Of a DNA stretch of 64,000 nucleotides, positions 8,725-18,338 are shown piece after piece (position 1 is the first letter of the stretch; every line of letters starts with the position of its first letter). Made by a program: the position numbers and the translations under genes. The stretch spans positions 20,925-84,924 of IMG/VR virus record IMGVR_UViG_3300001868_000007; one strand, written 5' to 3'. Below the pieces are notes generated by a model, which ran no database searches, had not been told where the DNA came from, and saw nothing but the letters and a program-made list of their open reading frames with translations. The stretch is from a virus. Taxonomy: Duplodnaviria > Caudoviricetes.

Positions 8725-9191
8725 TGTCTAAAGCCGAAGTTGAGTATTTTAAAAGTGCAGAACAAAGGAGAAGAATAATATCGGAAGTATTAGAAAAAAT
8801 GCTGGCAGGAGAAGCCTTTCGAGATATTGAAGATTATCTGCTTGATAAATACGATCTACCGAAAGAATACTCTCGCCATAATCTTTTAAATTCAGCTAAG
8901 AACGAAGCAGCAAAAATCACAGCACAACAAGCTGATTTAATTATTCCTTCTCACATTATGATTTACGAGGAGCTTTATAAGTATTTCAGTGACATGGGTC
9001 ACACTCCTGGTAAAATGAAGGCTTTGAAACTAAAAGAAAAGCTCTTAGGGCTTCATAAAGTTGATAATACTATTGAAATAAACAATAAAAGAACGACCAT
9101 CATTGAGCGCGATGTGGTGTACGAAATCAGCAAGTTAGATGTGCGAGAGCAAAGTAGATTGGATTATTTACTAAGTAAAGCGAAAAAATAA
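8724..9191 (+). CDS. Terminase small subunit-like protein (paralog of 15447..16535 core)
   Basis: KEKLLGLH...INNKRTTII...ISKLD..E...L..LL.K shared with 15447..16535. Confidence 0.4.
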   Translation: MSKAEVEYFKSAEQRRRIISEVLEKMLAGEAFRDIEDYLLDKYDLPKEYSRHNLLNSAKNEAAKITAQQADLIIPSHIMIYEELYKYFSDMGHTPGKMKALKLKEKLLGLHKVDNTIEINNKRTTIIERDVVYEISKLDVREQSRLDYLLSKAKK

Positions 9192-9233
9192 CATACTTTT
9201 GTTGCTAAATAGAAATAAAGGTAGTACTTTCCC
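9191..9233 (+). promoter_or_regulatory. Early-type promoter motif copy 3
   Basis: ACATA CTTTT GTTG N20 TACTTTCC. Confidence 0.6.
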
Positions 9234-9378
9234 AACATCAAACAAATCGCAATTATTTATTCTTAAAAATCGACAACATTATGAAGATTAAAACAGCATT
9301 CTTAGGAGCTAGAGCTTATTACAGATTATCTACAGGTAGATTATTTACAGAATCGAAAGTGAAAACTTTTATCACATC

Positions 9379-9642
9379 TTGTTATATTTTTCTATCATGT
9401 ATAACGAGATCATCAGTATGTCAAAACTAATCCAATATGCAGTAATAACTGCTACAGAAGAACAACTTCAAGAACAAGGACTCAGAACGCTTCACTCAAA
9501 ACAAAAAGTAGTAGTAGAAGATTTTTTACTCAACATTAAACTCTGTATTGTGAGAACGAACGAAAGCACAAAATCTTTTCACATAATGAACAGATCTCAA
9601 CTCAGAATCATCGAGAATCAACAATTAACACTTCAATTTTAA
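9379..9642 (+). CDS. Hypothetical protein (true start probably an internal ATG)
   Basis: ORF track; abuts next gene. Confidence 0.45.
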   Translation: MLYFSIMYNEIISMSKLIQYAVITATEEQLQEQGLRTLHSKQKVVVEDFLLNIKLCIVRTNESTKSFHIMNRSQLRIIENQQLTLQF

Positions 9643-9643
9643 T

Positions 9644-10051
9644 ATGATCATTGCTGTAGATTTCGACGGAACCATTGTAGAAAATAAATTTCCTAAAATA
9701 GGAGAATTCAAACCGGGAGCAAAAGAAACTCTTGCAAAGCTTTATAGTGAAGGTCACTATATCATAATTTGGACTTGTCGTTCAGGTATCAAATGTAGTG
9801 CATGTGAAAAGTTTCTCAAGATTAATAATGTGAAGTATCACGTTATCAATCAACAGAATCCAGAGAATTTAGCCTTCCATAAAGGACTTGATACTCGTAA
9901 AGTGTTTGCCGACATCTATGTTGACGATAAACATCTTGGATTCAAAGTTGATTGGAAGAAAAATTATAAAGAGATTCAAAAGTTAAACAGAACCTATATT
10001 CCATACTGGAAGCAACTCATCTACTGGTTCATTGAATATATAAAGAAGTAA
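9644..10051 (+). CDS. HAD-superfamily phosphatase-like protein
   Basis: IIAVDFDGTIV motif I, IIWTCR motif II, K..AD.YVDD motifs III/IV. Confidence 0.8.
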   Translation: MIIAVDFDGTIVENKFPKIGEFKPGAKETLAKLYSEGHYIIIWTCRSGIKCSACEKFLKINNVKYHVINQQNPENLAFHKGLDTRKVFADIYVDDKHLGFKVDWKKNYKEIQKLNRTYIPYWKQLIYWFIEYIKK

Positions 10052-10086
10052 ACTATTAATAACACCAATTTCTGATTTTGAATAAA

Positions 10087-10443
10087 ATGAAAAAACTTAT
10101 TTACATTGTTGAAATACTTATGTTGTTAATTTCGTGTACTGACGATCAATTCATTACATCAACATGGAAAGTGCATTCTATTGAAACAATAGATATATGT
10201 GAATATATTAATAATGAATGGGTTATTAATCAGTGTCCTTCTAAATTGGTTCTTGATGTTACACAAATATATATGCCTCAGGATGAACAGACACTGTTAA
10301 ATAAAATACAAGATACGATATATACTACATACTCAGGCGATCTACAACATAAACTTATTCACGATGTAAAGTATCTATCACATGAATTGAATCTACATAG
10401 TGATACTACTTATATAACGATTACTAAATACAGATTAGATTAA
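10087..10443 (+). CDS. Putative lipoprotein
   Basis: MKKLIYIVEILMLLISC-TDD: signal peptide with lipobox Cys. Confidence 0.55.
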   Translation: MKKLIYIVEILMLLISCTDDQFITSTWKVHSIETIDICEYINNEWVINQCPSKLVLDVTQIYMPQDEQTLLNKIQDTIYTTYSGDLQHKLIHDVKYLSHELNLHSDTTYITITKYRLD

Positions 10444-10545
10444 AACAAAACTATTAGTAACGGTTTGCTTTCAACTGAATTCGAACGGATTAAAGAAACT
10501 TATAATAATGGCACTCGAAAGAAGGAATAAAATTCTTATTAGATT

Positions 10546-10743
10546 ATGAAAAATTTGAAGCAGACTTCCGCAAATTTGCAGGGCTCGGAGAACTCAAAAC
10601 AGAGTAGGCTCCGAACGTTAATCGCAACAAAAGAACGAAGTTTACCAAGAAAAGAACTCTACTCGAAAGAAATAGAGGAATTTCTCGAAAGTAAACCGAA
10701 AACAAAGAGAGAAAAAGAAATAGATAAAGATTATACTTTTTAA
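10546..10743 (+). CDS. Hypothetical basic protein
   Basis: ORF track. Confidence 0.45.
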   Translation: MKNLKQTSANLQGSENSKQSRLRTLIATKERSLPRKELYSKEIEEFLESKPKTKREKEIDKDYTF

Positions 10744-10897
10744 AGAAAATCGCTATGATAATTCCATATAATTTCCGAGAAGATCAACGGACTCGAGAAG
10801 AAAGAAAATCTGACTTCGAGAGAATTAAATCGTACAAGAAACATCTTCAAACTTGTGCTAAAAATAAATCAAAAAGAAAATCTAAAAAGAAACAAAA

Positions 10898-11158
10898 ATG
10901 ATAAAACCAATCGGATCGAGAGTAACTCTCAAAGCAATTGAATTAGCTGAAAGAAAATCAGAAAGTGGATTAATTCTTCCGGACGACAATTCTCAGAAAA
11001 TAATCACAGGACAAGTTATGTCTTGTGGAGTGAAAACAACCGAAGTGAAAGAAGGAGATTTCGTGCTATTCAACAAGTATTCAGGGATCAAACTTGAAGT
11101 CGAAAGACAATCACTCATTCTTGTTGAAGAAGTGGAGATACTCGTTATAATCCAGTAA
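10898..11158 (+). CDS. groES: Co-chaperonin GroES (Cpn10)
   Basis: MIKPIGSRV, mobile loop SESGLILPD, VKEGD.VLFNKYSG, ILVII. Confidence 0.9.
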   Translation: MIKPIGSRVTLKAIELAERKSESGLILPDDNSQKIITGQVMSCGVKTTEVKEGDFVLFNKYSGIKLEVERQSLILVEEVEILVIIQ

Positions 11159-11171
11159 AAATCGAAAGAAA

Positions 11172-11651
11172 ATGAAAAGAATCGAGTTTAAAGAAAAGTA
11201 TAGCAACTCAAATATTATTATATCAAATTTAACTCTCAACATCAGAGATAAGATAAATTATCTTGAAGAGGTCTGTGTTGGACAGCTAGGTTGCTTATTA
11301 GAGAGAGTTGTAAATACTACTACTTCAGAAGGAATAATTCTCATCTATGATCCAAAAGGTCAATACAAGAATTGTCTTGTCTCATACCCTATCGAAGTTT
11401 TCTTCTCAGATTGGGAATTAGTTTGTAACAAACAGGAACAAGAAGAATACAAAGAGATCAAAGAAGCTCTTCGTCGACTCAGTATTGAAACAGAAAAGAT
11501 CAAAAAGATAGAGAGTAATCTCGGTCCAGAGTATTGGACCAAGCAAGGATTCATCCAAAGTACCACAACTAAAACTATTTCGCTCTGGTGGCATATTGAC
11601 GGCAGAAGAGTAGCTTTTATGTACAATAAAGGTATATTCGAACTTGATTAA
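11172..11651 (+). CDS. Hypothetical protein
   Basis: 159-aa ORF. Confidence 0.6.
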   Translation: MKRIEFKEKYSNSNIIISNLTLNIRDKINYLEEVCVGQLGCLLERVVNTTTSEGIILIYDPKGQYKNCLVSYPIEVFFSDWELVCNKQEQEEYKEIKEALRRLSIETEKIKKIESNLGPEYWTKQGFIQSTTTKTISLWWHIDGRRVAFMYNKGIFELD

Positions 11652-11836
11652 AAAGAAAACGACAACATGAAAGATATTGAAATGATAAATTGGTGGGCAA
11701 AGATCACAGTAAGCGAAGTAGTAGCTATGAGAAATTGGTTACAAGATCTCTTCCCACATCACTATGACGTAATGTCAGTCGAAGAGAAAATTGGTATTAT
11801 TTATTTCAACTTCCACAAATCAATAAAATAATAAAA

Positions 11837-12064
11837 ATGAGAACATTTAAAGATTATCCCTCAGGAAAACGCTTCATATCTGAAGGACAAATTGTAAAAG
11901 CAGTAGACAATTACACACATAAATTAGGTTGTAGTGATTGTCTATTTAGTGGCGAAAACTCTATCAGTAAAAGATGCTTTGATCACGCCTGTAGTCATCG
12001 CATCTTCAAGCTCTCTCGACTAAATAAATTAATCTTCTGGAAAAAGAAAATCAACAAGAAATAA
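11837..12064 (+). CDS. Hypothetical Cys-rich protein
   Basis: C..C..F......C...AC pattern. Confidence 0.55.
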   Translation: MRTFKDYPSGKRFISEGQIVKAVDNYTHKLGCSDCLFSGENSISKRCFDHACSHRIFKLSRLNKLIFWKKKINKK

Positions 12065-12256
12065 AAATCGATTATGGAGAATAACGTAAAAACACGACAA
12101 CTACAACACGATTTCGCATTCTTAACTAAAGAAGAAGTGGAAACAGCAATCTCGATAGTAGAAGCCAAAACATCATTGGTAGAGACAGTTATGGAAACAA
12201 CAAGATTATTCATCAACTCTTGTCTTACTAATCGAATCTTAATGAATTAAGAAATT

Positions 12257-12649
12257 ATGGAAGATAAAAATGAATGGGTAAAATTCCAAGAGATTGAATG
12301 GTCTGATCCGAAATACAATGTATTCAGTATAGACACAAGAGACTTCTGTGTAGGATATCGCTTTGAAAAGAAAAATCATCAAGATCTCGAAACATTAAAG
12401 AAATATCTTCAAAAATTCTTCCATACAGAAGAAGAAATAAAAACACTCATTCAGAGATACTTTGAAGAGTCAGGAGGAGTAGGTGAATGGAGAATGTTCT
12501 CTCTTGAGAAAATGGATAACTGGGGAATGAAATACGTTCGCATTTGGAGAAGTGAAGAAGGTTTTGTAGTCTGTAATTCAGACAACAGAGCGCTACCAAA
12601 GTCACTATTATCTAATAAGGTACTTCAAGAACATTTGAATCATTATTGA
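12257..12649 (+). CDS. Hypothetical protein
   Basis: 130-aa ORF. Confidence 0.65.
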   Translation: MEDKNEWVKFQEIEWSDPKYNVFSIDTRDFCVGYRFEKKNHQDLETLKKYLQKFFHTEEEIKTLIQRYFEESGGVGEWRMFSLEKMDNWGMKYVRIWRSEEGFVVCNSDNRALPKSLLSNKVLQEHLNHY

Positions 12650-12659
12650 AAAAGAAAAA

Positions 12660-12941
12660 ATGACAATGGAAGAGATTAAACTAAATCTCATCGAGGATAT
12701 TGATCTCGTAAAAGAGAAAGGTGACGCAATCATGGTTCTCAGTAGACATTCTCAAACAGGAGAACAAATTCAACAATTAATAATATGTTGTCCAGGTTGT
12801 GGGAAGAGATCGGGAAGTGCTGGCAATCATGTGTTTGATCCTACTACACAAAATTACACACCTTCTATCATACACGATAAGAGTCTAGGAGGATGTGGTT
12901 AGCATGGTTGGTTGAAGAATGGAATATTCAAACAAGTGTAA
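12660..12941 (+). pseudogene. Zn-binding (DUF6527-like) protein interrupted by in-frame TAG at 12900-12902
   Basis: CCPGCG...PSII...GGCG*HGWLKNGIFKQV*; the conserved CxxH/W motif continues past the amber codon. Confidence 0.55.
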
Positions 12942-12962
12942 AAAGAAAAACAACAAACAGGA

Positions 12963-13193
12963 ATGAAACATAGAAAGTGTCCACATTGCAAATCAACCAA
13001 AGGCTTCAGAATAAACTATGAAGTATTTGGTCACGGTACTGAGGACAGAAGCTTCAAAGGAGTTGTGATCGATGCTGATAGGGAGGTTGTTGAGAACGTA
13101 GACAACTATGTTGAGTGTCTTAGTTGTGGAGAGAAGATTGATCGAGAGTGTGTAAGAACTGATGAGTTTGAAGCTAAGAGTGTAGAGAGCTAA
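12963..13193 (+). CDS. Zinc-ribbon protein
   Basis: CPHC ... CLSC. Confidence 0.6.
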   Translation: MKHRKCPHCKSTKGFRINYEVFGHGTEDRSFKGVVIDADREVVENVDNYVECLSCGEKIDRECVRTDEFEAKSVES

Positions 13194-13285
13194 GTTAAAG
13201 AGTTGATATTGAGAGAGTTGAGGAGAGAATTGTATTAATGTTTATTGAAGATCGTTAATGTTTGTTAAGGAAAAGTTGGTGAATT

Positions 13286-15169
13286 GTGGCAAAGAGTAAG
13301 CAAATTAGAAATTCTATAGACAGAGACCTGGAGTTGGAACTTAAACGATTGATATTCACGGATTCGTATTTTGAATTTTTCAAATGGTCGTTTTTTTTAT
13401 TGTTCCCAAATGAGAAGTTTGAAGACACCTTCCACATCAGGTATCTATGTGATTTATACCAAGTTGAGATAGAAAGGGTCATTAGAAAAGAGGAAAGGAC
13501 TACCGACCTAATCGTCAACATCCCCCCACGTACTTCTAAATCACTCATCACATCAGTGTCGCTCCTAGCATGGATGTGGATAAAACAACCGTCGCTACCG
13601 ATGATCTCTATCTCGTTCGATGAGGATCTGTCGCTTCTAAACGCACAGTATTCAAAGGATATAATCAAGAGCGACGAGTATCAAGAGTTGTTCGGACACC
13701 TATTTCAAATCAGAGGCGACGCTGATAGCAAAAGTTACTTTATGAATGACAAAGGTGGGTTCAGACTGTCGAAGACGACTGGAAGCAATATAACTGGACA
13801 CAAAGGTACAGTTTGCTTTCCTAAAGGACAAATGATCTCTACAAGTACAGGAGAGCTCGACATAGCTGATGTTGTAGAGAGACAATTACAAGTACCGATA
13901 CTTTCTTTCAATGAGAAGAGTAGAGTTGGAGAATTCAAACCAATAGTACACTATCTTAAATCGAACTACATTGGACGACTGTACACTATTCAAACTACTA
14001 CCAGACGACTGATATGTACAAGTGAGCATCCCATTTATGTAGTTGATAAGGGTTGGGTAGAAGCCAGTAAGGTTCCAAAGAACGGTAGCGTACTATTAAA
14101 GAGAGGTAGCGAAACAGAGAGTCAAAAGATTCGATCAATATCTTTCAAGGAAGTTGAGAATTTAGAAGTGTACAATTTAGAAGTCAAAGACAACAACAAC
14201 TACTATATCGATGGAGTTTTAGTTCACAACTGTATCGTCGACGATCCCCAGAATCCCAAGACATCAGAGAGTGAGCTCAGTAGAAAAGTAGTAATAGAAT
14301 ACTACACTCGAGCGCTGTACAATCGACTCACACCTATCAACCTTGGGATAAGAATTATCATCATGCAACGACTACATGAGAACGATCTGACTGGATTCTT
14401 ACTTGCAACTAATCCTGAACAGTACAGACATATATGTCTACCTGCAGAAGTGTCCGACATAGTCAAACCTATTGAATTAAAAGAAAAGTACACAAACGGA
14501 CTACTCGATCCTACTCGACTCTCAGCGATGATCTTGAGTGGGTTTAGAAAGACTCTTGGGTTGAGAGGTTACACTGGACAGTACGAGCAACGACCAAGTC
14601 CAGACGAAGGTGGAATCATAAAGCGTACATGGTTCGATATACTACTACCTGAGATGATTCTAAGAAAAACAGAACAGAGTCCAATCCACTTCTTTATTGA
14701 CTCAGCATACACAGCTAAAACAGAAAATGATCCAACAGGTATTTTAACGTGTTTTGTACAAGACAATTTCCTTTATGTGTTGGATTTCACAGAAAAATGG
14801 TTAGAGTTCCCAGAACTGTGTAAAAACATCATAATTCACACCAATGGATATCAGTACACTCACCTAAGTAAAATTTTCATTGAACCTAAGGCAAGTGGAA
14901 AGAGTATAGTACAACAACTACGTTCAGTCACTTCACTGAATGTGATCGAAGCTGAGAATCCTGAAAAAGATAAAGTGACAAGAGCTCATTCTATCGCACC
15001 AACCTTAGAATCAAGGAGAGTTCGACTGATTCAAGGTCAGTACGTGGAACACTTCTTAGATTTGTTAGGATCTTTCCCAAGTGGTAATCACGATGAAGCT
15101 ATTGATACACTTGTGATGGCTGTACGAGAATTACTGATTGATAATAATCCAGATTTTATGTTTATATAA
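13286..15169 (+). CDS. terL: Terminase large subunit containing a mini-intein
   Basis: NIPPRTSKS Walker A, TV|CIVDDPQ Walker B split by intein, IMQRLHE.DL, nuclease motifs FIDSAY and HDEAID. Confidence 0.93.
   Translation: MAKSKQIRNSIDRDLELELKRLIFTDSYFEFFKWSFFLLFPNEKFEDTFHIRYLCDLYQVEIERVIRKEERTTDLIVNIPPRTSKSLITSVSLLAWMWIKQPSLPMISISFDEDLSLLNAQYSKDIIKSDEYQELFGHLFQIRGDADSKSYFMNDKGGFRLSKTTGSNITGHKGTVCFPKGQMISTSTGELDIADVVERQLQVPILSFNEKSRVGEFKPIVHYLKSNYIGRLYTIQTTTRRLICTSEHPIYVVDKGWVEASKVPKNGSVLLKRGSETESQKIRSISFKEVENLEVYNLEVKDNNNYYIDGVLVHNCIVDDPQNPKTSESELSRKVVIEYYTRALYNRLTPINLGIRIIIMQRLHENDLTGFLLATNPEQYRHICLPAEVSDIVKPIELKEKYTNGLLDPTRLSAMILSGFRKTLGLRGYTGQYEQRPSPDEGGIIKRTWFDILLPEMILRKTEQSPIHFFIDSAYTAKTENDPTGILTCFVQDNFLYVLDFTEKWLEFPELCKNIIIHTNGYQYTHLSKIFIEPKASGKSIVQQLRSVTSLNVIEAENPEKDKVTRAHSIAPTLESRRVRLIQGQYVEHFLDLLGSFPSGNHDEAIDTLVMAVRELLIDNNPDFMFI
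13814..14230 (+). mobile_element. Mini-intein (139 aa, no homing endonuclease) in TerL
   Basis: N-term CFPKG, block B T.EHP, block F VYNLEV, C-term VHN followed by +1 Cys. Confidence 0.9.
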
Positions 15170-15190
15170 ATATTAAATAAAATAAATAGC

Positions 15191-15463
15191 ATGTGGTGGA
15201 TAATAAGTATTATAGTTTGGTTCATAGTCGGATTAGTCTCTACGTTAATTGGAGCTCATGTAGCTATGACTGAGAGAGGTGGAATGACACTCTCTGATTG
15301 TTTAGTAGGATTGATGTGGTTGTTGATTGGACCACTTCTATGGCTATCTATAGGTTATACAAGTTTAAGAGATTGGATTGATAATAACAGTACCAAGATG
15401 ATCTTCAAAGCAAAGTGGCCTCAGAAATGGAATAATAAAAAATCAGATGTGGACCAAGTTTAG
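15191..15463 (+). CDS. Two-TM membrane protein
   Basis: Two hydrophobic segments. Confidence 0.6.
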   Translation: MWWIISIIVWFIVGLVSTLIGAHVAMTERGGMTLSDCLVGLMWLLIGPLLWLSIGYTSLRDWIDNNSTKMIFKAKWPQKWNNKKSDVDQV

Positions 15464-16535
15464 TAAACAATTACCTCCAAATAGATCATCGATAATGGTG
15501 AAATTCGGAGATTTAAGGATTGTTAAAGGAAGAGTTAATGGTAGTTGTGTAGATTATAGTCCAAACCTTAAACTTACTCCTCAAACCATAACTTCAGGAC
15601 AAAAAGAATGGTCTATGGTTCAAAAAAAAGATAATCGAGGAAGAGCTAAAAAACCAAGACGAAAAGGTAGAGAAGCAATCAAAGATCCAAAGATGGTTGA
15701 TCCAAAAAATAGACCAACAAAGGAGGAAATTGAGAAGAAAGGTCAAGGAGGAGTAGCAGGTAACATGGAGCGACTAGTCTACAGAATGATCGATCAGATC
15801 AAGTCTGGAATGAGTATCGATAGTTGTAAAACACTTCTTGAAGATGAGATTAATCCAAACACAAAAAGAGTATATGCTCCTCGATTTGTTCAAGATATCT
15901 CTATCAAAGCAAATACTCTCATTAAACAGGATTATGAACTACAGAGATCAGAAGTGGTTTCAATTCACACTCAACGGTACGATAGAGAGATCCAAGAATT
16001 ACTCACATATCAAGCTCCCTACAACGATCGTAAACCATGGTTGCAAGATGAGATGAATAACGCTGCTAGAATGAATTGTCTTGGAGTTCTACATCAAAAA
16101 GAAGAGTTGTTAGGAATGCATCGTAAATCATTCAAACTAATCATTAACAACGAGGATACAACCGTCATAAGAACTACAAAGACCAATATTGATCTCTCTA
16201 AACTTACTCTTGAAGAAAAGATCGAACTGAATCAGCTGATGGAGAAGAGTAGAAGGACCGACGATGAGATAGGTGGAGTAATTCTCAGATCAGAACAAGC
16301 CAGAGTGATTGAGGATGTTGAACACGAAGTAGTTGAAGAGAGATTGAATATTGATCGAATGGAAAATAAACAACCAAAAGAGATCATACAGCCTCATCCT
16401 CAAGACATGGCTTTGTTAAGTATTCAAGAGAAAATGAGACTAGCTCTCAGAAAGAAAGCAAAAGAGGAGCTTGAAAGAGTAGGTAGTAAGACAGTAGAAT
16501 TCGATAATCCAGAACATCAGGTACCACAACGATGA
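15447..16535 (+). CDS. Terminase small subunit-like / TerL-associated protein
   Basis: Near terL; KEELLGMH...IDLSKLTLEEK motif typical of TerS-like C-termini; paralog of 8724..9191. Confidence 0.45.
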   Translation: MWTKFSKQLPPNRSSIMVKFGDLRIVKGRVNGSCVDYSPNLKLTPQTITSGQKEWSMVQKKDNRGRAKKPRRKGREAIKDPKMVDPKNRPTKEEIEKKGQGGVAGNMERLVYRMIDQIKSGMSIDSCKTLLEDEINPNTKRVYAPRFVQDISIKANTLIKQDYELQRSEVVSIHTQRYDREIQELLTYQAPYNDRKPWLQDEMNNAARMNCLGVLHQKEELLGMHRKSFKLIINNEDTTVIRTTKTNIDLSKLTLEEKIELNQLMEKSRRTDDEIGGVILRSEQARVIEDVEHEVVEERLNIDRMENKQPKEIIQPHPQDMALLSIQEKMRLALRKKAKEELERVGSKTVEFDNPEHQVPQR

Positions 16536-16741
16536 AGACATTTGAAACTCAATATATAATTTACTTCACAAATAAACCTCAAGAATCTCACACTATCAAA
16601 GTGAAGAATTGTATGAGTGATCTTCACGCTAAAGTAAAACTTGAAGACTACCTAAAAAGAAAACATAAAGACTTTGAAAAGTTAGTAGTTGTGAGTTGCG
16701 TAAAGGATATATTCAGTATCTTTGGAGGATTGTTTAATTAA
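16532..16741 (+). CDS. Hypothetical protein
   Basis: ATGA overlap. Confidence 0.55.
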   Translation: MKTFETQYIIYFTNKPQESHTIKVKNCMSDLHAKVKLEDYLKRKHKDFEKLVVVSCVKDIFSIFGGLFN

Positions 16742-16851
16742 TAAATCAAAATGAAATTCACATCAACATCAACTCAATCAAACCTTCACTATTTTGAAGA
16801 TGTAACTTGGACTAGGTTTCCAAAATATACTCAACCAACATTATCTCGATT

Positions 16852-17112
16852 ATGTGTACGAAATTAGTTCAAGAGAGAATACACCTCCCAATTGGAAGTG
16901 AAGTTCAGATTTATTCAGTAGCTTGGTATATGTTAAACGAGGATCGTACAATAGGTATAGTTGATGTAGGACCAGGCTTCACAATCGAAATGAGAGAATA
17001 CTGTAGCAAGACAACAAAAATTGTAGCATACGACGAATTCACACATACATACGAATTAGCTATTGATAAAGGACAGAATCGTTGGAGTGAAGAAATGTTT
17101 AAAAAGAAGTAA
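16852..17112 (+). CDS. Hypothetical protein
   Basis: ORF track. Confidence 0.5.
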   Translation: MCTKLVQERIHLPIGSEVQIYSVAWYMLNEDRTIGIVDVGPGFTIEMREYCSKTTKIVAYDEFTHTYELAIDKGQNRWSEEMFKKK

Positions 17113-17283
17113 TTATGAATATAAAATTAAAAACATTAAAAAGTGGAGAAGTAGTTCTTCATTTACATGGTCCATTTAGAATTTCACAAGGAGGATATTG
17201 GCATTTTGGGATATTGACACTTAGTATAAGTAAAGAAGGGTGTGGCTTTCAGGTTCTTGGAATATCGATAGGAGTAGGTTGGT

Positions 17284-17916
17284 ATGAGTGAACCTTGTAG
17301 CAAATGTCTAAAATCGAAACCAATTGAAAATAGATCAAAGTGGTTATGTTCAGATTGCAATTTCGAAAGACTTCACAATGGAGTGAGTAGAGCTCAAGTC
17401 TACAAGGAGAGAGCTTCTGAAAGAGTAGAAGCTAAAGTGCCACGAACGATCAGAGCAAAATTCAAACCCATTAAGCAACAAACCTCAAACGAAGCCGAAA
17501 CAAAAAAGAAGCTACATGAACTCAAATTATTAATTGAGCAAAAAGCAATTAATAATGGAGTCTATTATTGTTGGGGATGTGGCAAGAGTGAAGGAGGATT
17601 AGATAAATCTCACATCCTCTCAGTGAAACAGAGAAAGGATCTTGAGTTAGATGAGAACAACATTGATCTATTCTGTCGAACTTGCCATGAATCGTGGGAA
17701 TCAGGAATTATCGAGAAGATGATAATCCTCAACACATTTGAAAGCGATCTACTCTACATTCAAAAGCACGATTCAAAACGGTACAATAAAATCCTACTGA
17801 TGATTGAAAATTACAGCGAGAGAATGTTTGATCTAATTATTGACGGATTAGGACCTAAAGAAGTTGTTGAAAAAATAAGGTACTTTAGTGAGCGTTACGA
17901 ATATATTTTGACATAA
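17284..17916 (+). CDS. NinG/HNH-like nuclease
   Basis: N-terminal C..C/C..C; CWGCG...LDKSHILS...NIDLFCRTCH beta-beta-alpha-metal pattern. Confidence 0.7.
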   Translation: MSEPCSKCLKSKPIENRSKWLCSDCNFERLHNGVSRAQVYKERASERVEAKVPRTIRAKFKPIKQQTSNEAETKKKLHELKLLIEQKAINNGVYYCWGCGKSEGGLDKSHILSVKQRKDLELDENNIDLFCRTCHESWESGIIEKMIILNTFESDLLYIQKHDSKRYNKILLMIENYSERMFDLIIDGLGPKEVVEKIRYFSERYEYILT

Positions 17917-17930
17917 GACAGAATATAGAT

Positions 17931-17939
17931 TATCTTTAC
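17931..17939 (+). promoter_or_regulatory. Late-type -7 box TATCTTTAC
   Basis: Same box upstream of 26023, portal, 33942 and baseplate J. Confidence 0.5.
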
Positions 17940-17962
17940 ATTTTAAAATAAACATACTCAGA

Positions 17963-18337
17963 ATGGCAACAACTACAGAAGAAGGAATAATTAAACTCGA
18001 TACTATCTATCAAGGTTCAACATTCTATGGTACTGAATGCGATTTCGTAGAAGTACTTGATGATGGATCTGAAGTTCCAGTAGATCTTACAGGAGCAAAT
18101 ATCAAAATCGATATGATAAAGAGTAGTCAAGTGTACGATACTTATTCAAGTGAATTTGAAGACAACAGTCTAAAAAAACTCACTATTACTAACAACAAAT
18201 TCACATTTGCAGAACATATTCCAACTCTTCCTTCAGGAATATACACTTTTGACATCAAAGTGATATTCGCTAACGAAATCGTTGAAACTGGTATTGGTCG
18301 TGGACAATGGACTATTCTTAATCCTTCAACTAAATAA
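17963..18337 (+). CDS. BppU N-terminal-like (fibre anchor) protein
   Basis: IYQGSTF...PVDLTGA.I...G.Y.FDIKV pattern typical of BppU-like Ig modules. Confidence 0.55.
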   Translation: MATTTEEGIIKLDTIYQGSTFYGTECDFVEVLDDGSEVPVDLTGANIKIDMIKSSQVYDTYSSEFEDNSLKKLTITNNKFTFAEHIPTLPSGIYTFDIKVIFANEIVETGIGRGQWTILNPSTK

Positions 18338-18338
18338 C

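Noticed and set aside
10898-11158. GroES as a novel finding
   Set aside because: Phage co-chaperonins are well known; the sequence looks like an ordinary Cpn10
13195-13285. C-poor GA/GT-rich stretch with TTAATGTTT x2 upstream of terL as a pac site
   Set aside because: Only two short low-complexity repeats; no way to support a packaging role from sequence alone
13814-14230. Homing endonuclease inside the TerL intein
   Set aside because: Only 139 aa, with no LAGLIDADG or HNH motifs
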